62,715 nucleotides of DNA from Patescibacteria group bacterium (GTDB lineage Bacteria > Patescibacteriota > Gracilibacteria > BD1-5 > UBA2023): contig JAVKLK010000034.1 of NCBI GenBank assembly GCA_031539165.1, positions 1 through 62,715 on the forward strand, written 5' to 3'. This document shows positions 57,921 through 62,715 of this stretch, one piece after another; the stretch's first letter is position 1; every line of letters starts with the position of its first letter. The notes under the pieces were generated by a model. It was not told where the DNA came from, made no database searches, and worked only from the letters and a program-made list of their open reading frames with translations. The position numbers and the translations under genes are program-made.

Positions 57921-59532
57921 AGAACACTGCTTCGACGGCTTGTTCTACGGTAGGTTTTCCTGAGTCAATTCCTGCAATTGCCTTTTTGCTGAGGCCCCCA
58001 TTTTCATAGAGATCTTTTTCTGATACGTTTCCTAGTACGGCAAGAATCTTCTGGAAAATGAGTACGTCCCGCTGCGTGAAAGGTTTCGTTGGGTCTATTC
58101 CTGGCAAAGAAAAACGCTTGGTAAGAGTGTCACTCGCTCGATAGAGGAGTTCTTCATACTTTGCCTGACCAAGTGCAGGCATTCCTACTTTTGAGAGAGT
58201 TTGAAGATTTCCATCTACTACAGAATCTTGCTCTCGAGCACTTTGTCTCACAAATTCAGGATCTACTCGCTTTCGAAGAGATTGTATATCTTGTTCGAGG
58301 CGAGTTTTTTCTGCCAATTGTTTCTGATACCCATCGAAGAGTTCCAAGACATTTCGTTCAAAAAGTGTTCGCTCCGATGGGTTGGAGAGGGTTTGTCAGA
58401 ACTTCAACAGAGCCTCTCGGCTCTTTCCTCGCGCTTCTTCTCCTTGGGAGAGACTTGCGAGGACTCTCGGTGCAAGCTCGGGAGTTATTTGCCAGAGTCT
58501 CTCAGCAAGCTCACTTGATCGCTTCGGGAGGAGAGCACCCAGTCGTTCTGCTTGAAGCTCCTTTCCAGAAAGTTCTGTTTGTACGAGAGAGTCTGGAACA
58601 AATGCTGGACTCTCAATACGTAGTCCGTCTTTTTCTCGAAATCTATTTCCTTCTCGATTCATGATGGTACGCTCTCCCGTTCGAGATGCCTGTGAGATCA
58701 GTTCTCCTGCCTTCGAGGTATATACCGTCTGAGTCGGTGGCTCAAATCATGCTTTGATTTTGCTATAGGCATCGAGTGAAACACTTGGATCACTGAGTGC
58801 AACAACGGCAGGGGCTCGATTTGGAAGTCATTGTGTACCAGCAAGTGATCGAAGTTCTCCGAATGATGCCCGAAGCTGTGCGAGTTCATCGGTCTTATTG
58901 GGTGGTACGGACTTCAGTATGGCATTTTCATGCGAAAGAAGCACAACTGTTTCAGCGAGAGCAGGATTTTTCCCTTGTTTCTTGAGCTCTTCTGATGCTT
59001 TTTCGACTTCTGTAGCGTACCCCGGGATGAGTTCTTGAGGAGACTTTCCGGTGAGGGCAGAGATTTGGGATTTAAGAACCTGCTGGCGTTCGAGGAGAAA
59101 TTTTAAATCAGTCTCAGACTGCGTCTTTAGATTTTTTTGCTCTATAGCTTTAGTTTTATCCAACTCAGTCTTCTTTTCTTTCTCAACTTCAGTTTTTTCT
59201 ACTACCTCAGTCTTCTTTTCTTTCTCAACTTCAGTTTTTTCTACTACCTCAGTCTTCTGTCCCTCTATTTCTGTCTTTTGAGAGAGAGTGCTTGTATTCT
59301 GAATTGCCAACAATAGAGTTTTAAACTCTTGTGAAAGCTCATCTCCCGCTATCCCTGCTTCTGATAGTTCTTTGAGTTCTGAGTTTATCTTCTGAAGCTG
59401 GTTTATTCGTTCAGTTGGAGGAAGATTTTGGAGATACGACTCAAACTCTCTCACAAGTTCAGGAGAAAGCTGTTCTCTTGCGATAAGTTGAGGAGCGGAG
59501 TTCTGAGGAGATTCTCGAAATGCTTCTTGCAT
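57868..59532 (-). CDS. Coiled-coil hypothetical protein with internal 14-aa tandem repeat (554 aa)
   Basis: ORFs 58828..59532, 58396..58662 and 57868..58347 are in one frame and join by TGA at 58828, 58747 and 58396 (hand translated). The stop is TAA at 57868, overlapping the convergent ABC gene by 53 nt. Confidence 0.6.
59164..59260. repeat. 42-bp tandem repeat (about 2.3 copies) inside the 554-aa CDS
   Basis: The unit CTCAGTCTTCTTTTCTTTCTCAACTTCAGTTTTTTCTACTAC occurs at 59164-59205 and 59206-59247, with a partial third copy. It encodes ([14 protein letters not shown])n. Confidence 0.9.
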
Positions 59533-59554
59533 GAAGCGATTCTACCATATATCC

Positions 59555-60265
59555 CTAGAGGGATGCAAATTTTATACCCTTTTGCTCAATGAGTAAAAGG
59601 GTTTCTTGCACAGCCCGAGCGACAGTAGGCTCTATTTTGTTTGCCTCTATCGCAGCACGAATCGCAACTATATCTGCTCTATCTTGTTGCGTTACAGGAG
59701 CGCCTGCAATAACTCTATCGAGAATACTTCGTACTACTGCTATCATATTGATTCATAGCTTTAAAGTTTCGTTTTCTCGCTGTCTTGCCGCAATTCTCTG
59801 ATCTGCCGCCGCAATTTCTTGCCTATTTGCCGCAATTCTCTGATCTGCCGCCGCAATTTCTTGCCTATTTGCCGCAATTCTCTGATCTGCCGCCGCAATT
59901 CTCTGATCTGCCGCCGCAATCTTATCGAGAGTTGAGCAGTTCTCCACAAACTCCCCCTTCTTCCGAGTGAATAATGCCACCTTTTTTGCTCCAGCCTCTC
60001 CTTCTGCCTGAGCCTTCGCAATTTTTGCGTCATATTCCGCAACAATGCGTGCCTGACACTCCGCTGTAGTCTCTGTTGCACCTGCTGCCGTACCAAGAGC
60101 AAGCCCAGCCGAAAGAGCTACCGTGCTAATAATACTGTTTTTCCATGCACGAACGCGACCAACATCCACTGGATCTTTTCCAGCAGCGATTGCTTCAGCG
60201 GCCCATGATGGAGTTTGATATCCTGCTTCATGAAGCTCTTCGGAGGTTTGAGAGAGTTGAGGCAT
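59555..60265 (-). CDS. Hypothetical protein with a TM-like segment and heptad (AADQRIA/ANRQEIA) repeats (236 aa)
   Basis: ORFs 59753..60265 and 59555..59746 are in frame and join by the TGA at 59753. The stop is TAG at 59555. Confidence 0.6.
59786..59925. repeat. 21-bp (42-bp super-unit) tandem repeat, about 6.5 copies, inside the CDS
   Basis: GCCGCAATTCTCTGATCTGCC alternates with GCCGCAATTTCTTGCCTATTT. The repeat is in frame and encodes a heptad coiled-coil. Confidence 0.9.
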
Positions 60266-60334
60266 AAAAAGAAATTTACGCCAGTATTATACTCGCGTGT
60301 CAAGTATTGTGCAAATTTTGGATGATAGACCTTT

Positions 60335-61174
60335 TTATTTCTCCCACCACTCCAAGTACGCTTCGGATAAAATCTCTGCAAGTTTGCTTATGGCATCTTG
60401 GTCGAGGATAATTTTTGCTGGGTTTTCGGAGCAAGAAGTTTCTGTCCCGAGATAGCGTTTTGGTATATCAAATGCTGAGCCTGAATACTTCTTCAAACAA
60501 TCGGTTGTTGGGTATCAATCCTCAAGAGAATATGCTTCATTTTGAACGCTCGCATATCAGGCTGTATCAAGATGTTTTTGGAGTATCTGAATAAGACTTC
60601 CATCGACAAATAATTCTCCAGCAGAATTTCCTGTAAGAAGATTGAAGCCTCGAGGAGATCAGCGGTATTGATTTTCACAATAACGCATCACTCTTTCAAG
60701 CGTGAATTCCTCGGCGGAGCTCGGTTCCCAAAGTTCCGTCCGATTATTGGAAGCCATCGTATGCATATGGATGATGTGCTGAGCCTTTCAGAAATATTGT
60801 TCGGTTTCCGCAAGAATCTGGTTGAATAGACTTTCGAATTGAGGATTCGCGAAGAGTGGAGGACTTGCTCGGTAGAATCGGCGATTCATATCAATGACGG
60901 CTCGAGGAAATTGAATATCAAGTAATCCCACGGAGAGTCATTTTGAGATAAGCATCTGATAGAGTGCTTCCGCGATTTCTCGGGATCCAATATCCGCATC
61001 GAGAAGACAAAACCAACGGAGTGCTTCTTGATCGAGTTCGGCAAGGTGGGGGAAATACGGAAGAACTTTTTTTGGATGGTAGAGTTCAGCGTGGGGAACA
61101 TATATCAGGATATCTACCATGCCAGACGTATTGGACCGGTACGAAAGAATATCTGAGGTTGGGGGTGTTGTCAT
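60335..61174 (-). CDS. N-formylglutamate amidohydrolase (FGase, PF05013-like) family protein
   Basis: ..FPRAVIDMNRR.. (family sR.viD.NR motif) and ..IIHMHTM... ORF 60938..61174 continues through TGA at 60938, 60788 and others to the TAA at 60335. Length 279 aa. Confidence 0.6.
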
Positions 61175-61184
61175 AGAAGTCTAT

Positions 61185-62402
61185 TTATGAAACCGAAGGA
61201 GTGTATGTGCGAATTAGCTCTGCGGTTCTTGAGCATACAACATCTTGAAGAGACATTCCGCTCATAGCATATTCAATAATAGAACTTGCATCCGAAATTG
61301 ATTTCCCATTGGGAAGCATAATCCCTTCAAGTGCAGCACTCGCCTGGTCTCCAGTGTATGCGCTTTGAACATTCGTTCAATCTGACTGTTTTTCTGCTCG
61401 AGTAAGAAGAGTAATCTTTCCTGTTGCATCATACATGACACTGGTGGAAAGTCCGCTTGAACCATTGAGTATTCGGTTGAGTTCTCAAGCATCTTTTTTC
61501 CGGTACTTTCCATTATCGAATAGATCTCTTGGTACCGCTGATCCCGAAAACTTTAGAACGGTTCCCATGAATTCGGATCGTACAAAAATGGGTCGCATGT
61601 GCGCTGAAGGAAGCATGAGTCCATCGGAGCGGAGCAATTCGAATCATCTCAGGTATCGGAAAAGCAAGAGATTTGTCTGTTCCAAAGTTGCAGCAAGCGC
61701 TTTCCGTGTTTTCTCTTTTTGAATATTCTCGGGTGTGAGAAATATAACATTTGTTCCCCCCGCGGCGTGTCCGATGCATTTTGCTACCACGAAATCTTGC
61801 GCCTGCTCTGTTGCTTCGCAAATAGATTCAATGTCAGAAAATACACCAAGGTAGCCTGTTTCCTCTTGAAATAATCCAGTGGGAGTTACTTTGTCATTCA
61901 AGGCAAGCGTGAGAGCCGTTCTTGCTCCAAGGTTTTCTGGGTTTTTTCGGAGAATCGTATCAACGAGTAATTTCGCATTTGCTGGGTCAGTGTGAGTAAT
62001 TGAAGCGATGGTGACCCTCTCTGGAGCATCCTCCAAATTTTGAGCAAACGAATCAGGGAGCGCTGACTGATTCACTCGCAGTCCAAAAGCATTTTGTGTT
62101 CGAGCGAGAGTTGTGTGTACGACTTCAAATTGAGATCCGAAGTACCGTTTTCCGGTAGACTCTATCTGCGCTCTATTTTCCGAAGGAAGCACAGAAACAT
62201 CGCTGGTTACAAAGAATGCTCCGGGCACTCACTCATCTCGAAGTGCGGCGTATGACTTCTCGGAAATCTTTCTTGCGAAATCAGGAGGTGCTGCCGCGAG
62301 ACAGCCACTATTAAATACTGGTTCATAGCATGTTTTGGTTCCGGTACCTGGGTTTACTACCATTTCTGCTCGGAGCGGAATGGATGCGGTGAAATTTTTC
62401 AT
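61185..62402 (-). CDS. Hypothetical protein (405 aa), family not recognised
   Basis: The frame of ORF 61644..62228 extends upstream through the TGA at 62229 to the ATG at 62402. It extends downstream through TGA at 61644, 61485 and 61377 to the TAA at 61185 (hand translated codon by codon). Confidence 0.6.
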
Positions 62403-62610
62403 AAGAGAGAAATGAAGGGGATAACTGAGTAGGCTCGAGACAAAAAAACTCTTCGCTTGGGGCGAAGAGTTTTGTGTTCTGGAGATAATTTACTTGTCTC
62501 GATTTCAGGTGGGAACACAAATACCCTTCGCTTGGGGCTGAAGGATAAAATAGAGATGTGACCAACAAGAAATTGAGGCGAGTCGTGTCATGTGAAAAGA
62601 GTTACTTGAC
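62403..62610 (-). promoter_or_regulatory. Structured 5' leader (riboswitch- or attenuator-like) of the 62402..57868 operon
   Basis: Hairpin 1 is CCUUC..GAAGG (62544-62525). A 9-bp helix UUUGUGUUC/GAACACAAA pairs 62521-62513 with 62479-62471. The terminator lies at 62470-62442. A 12-nt duplication CCCCAAGCGAAG would allow an alternative antiterminator pairing. Confidence 0.5.
62442..62470 (-). terminator. Intrinsic terminator inside the 5' leader of the 405-aa gene (attenuator)
   Basis: On the minus strand: ACUCUUCGC-CCCAA-GCGAAGAGU followed by UUUUUU. It is a perfect 9-bp stem, and the tract ends about 40 nt before the ATG at 62402. Confidence 0.65.
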
Positions 62611-62616
62611 GAGTTC

Positions 62617-62644
62617 ATGCTATTTTTTTGAGAATCCTTGTCAA
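62617..62644 (-). promoter_or_regulatory. Promoter of the leader: TTGACA, 16 nt, TAGCAT (minus strand)
   Basis: The reverse complement of 62639-62644 is TTGACA and that of 62617-62622 is TAGCAT. Confidence 0.45.
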
Positions 62645-62715
62645 ATTTCTTGTTTTTTTCTGAAGATTTTCTTTCCGAGTTTTTCGAGAAAATGTATCGT
62701 TGGGAGAGTAATTTC

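Noticed and set aside
59164-59925. Tandem repeats as a possible CRISPR array or minisatellite.
   Set aside because: The units (42 and 21 bp) are contiguous with no spacers. They are multiples of three and lie in frame inside long ORFs, so they are coding repeats.
60886-61174. Two overlapping minus-strand ORFs (60886..61101 and 60938..61174) suggested a frameshifted FGase-like pseudogene.
   Set aside because: Careful re-reading shows ORF 60938..61174 continues in frame through TGA=Gly into ..FPRAVIDMNRR.. and on to the TAA at 60335. ORF 60886..61101 is simply an alternative-frame artefact.
62403-62610. Assigning the leader to a known class (T-box, glycine riboswitch or others).
   Set aside because: GGUGGGAAC on the plus strand loosely resembles a T-box core, but it is on the wrong strand relative to the terminator and the regulated gene. 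No other consensus matched by eye, so the class is left unassigned.

Overview
This window is a gene-dense chromosomal segment from a bacterium that reads UGA as glycine (NCBI translation table 25, as in the CPR lineages Gracilibacteria and Absconditabacteria/SR1). The supplied standard-code ORF track therefore breaks most genes into pieces. Every break I checked is an in-frame TGA, often at an invariant Gly of a known motif, and real stops are TAA or TAG. I re-read the window by hand under table 25 and found about 60 CDS and 4 tRNAs (Arg-CCU, Arg-UCG, Leu-GAG, Ser-GGA). I saw no rRNA, CRISPR array or transposase.

Housekeeping genes recognised:
- der, ftsH, galU, tlyA, yebC, yraN, secF, def, murE, dnaB
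- a clpC/clpB-type AAA+ gene, ftsK, hrcA, murA, prsW, tsaE, jag/khpB

Accessory or unusual content:
- a 2203-aa thioester alpha-2-macroglobulin, divergent from a PBP1C-like gene
- a PrgI-like gene plus an orphan VirB4-N-domain-like pair
- a type IV pilus-like block (PilN/O-like, pilC, four prepilin-like genes) with no ATPase or peptidase
- two overlapping secreted proteins of unknown function behind clpC
- a glycosyltransferase / ABC-2 exporter / sugar-nucleotide locus
- a small AT-rich islet next to tRNA-Ser
- a four-gene minus-strand operon (unknown 405-aa protein, FGase-like amidohydrolase, two repeat-containing coiled-coil proteins) preceded by a structured leader with a terminator/antiterminator layout

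All calls come from manual translation and motif recognition. No searches were run, and start codons are the least certain coordinates.
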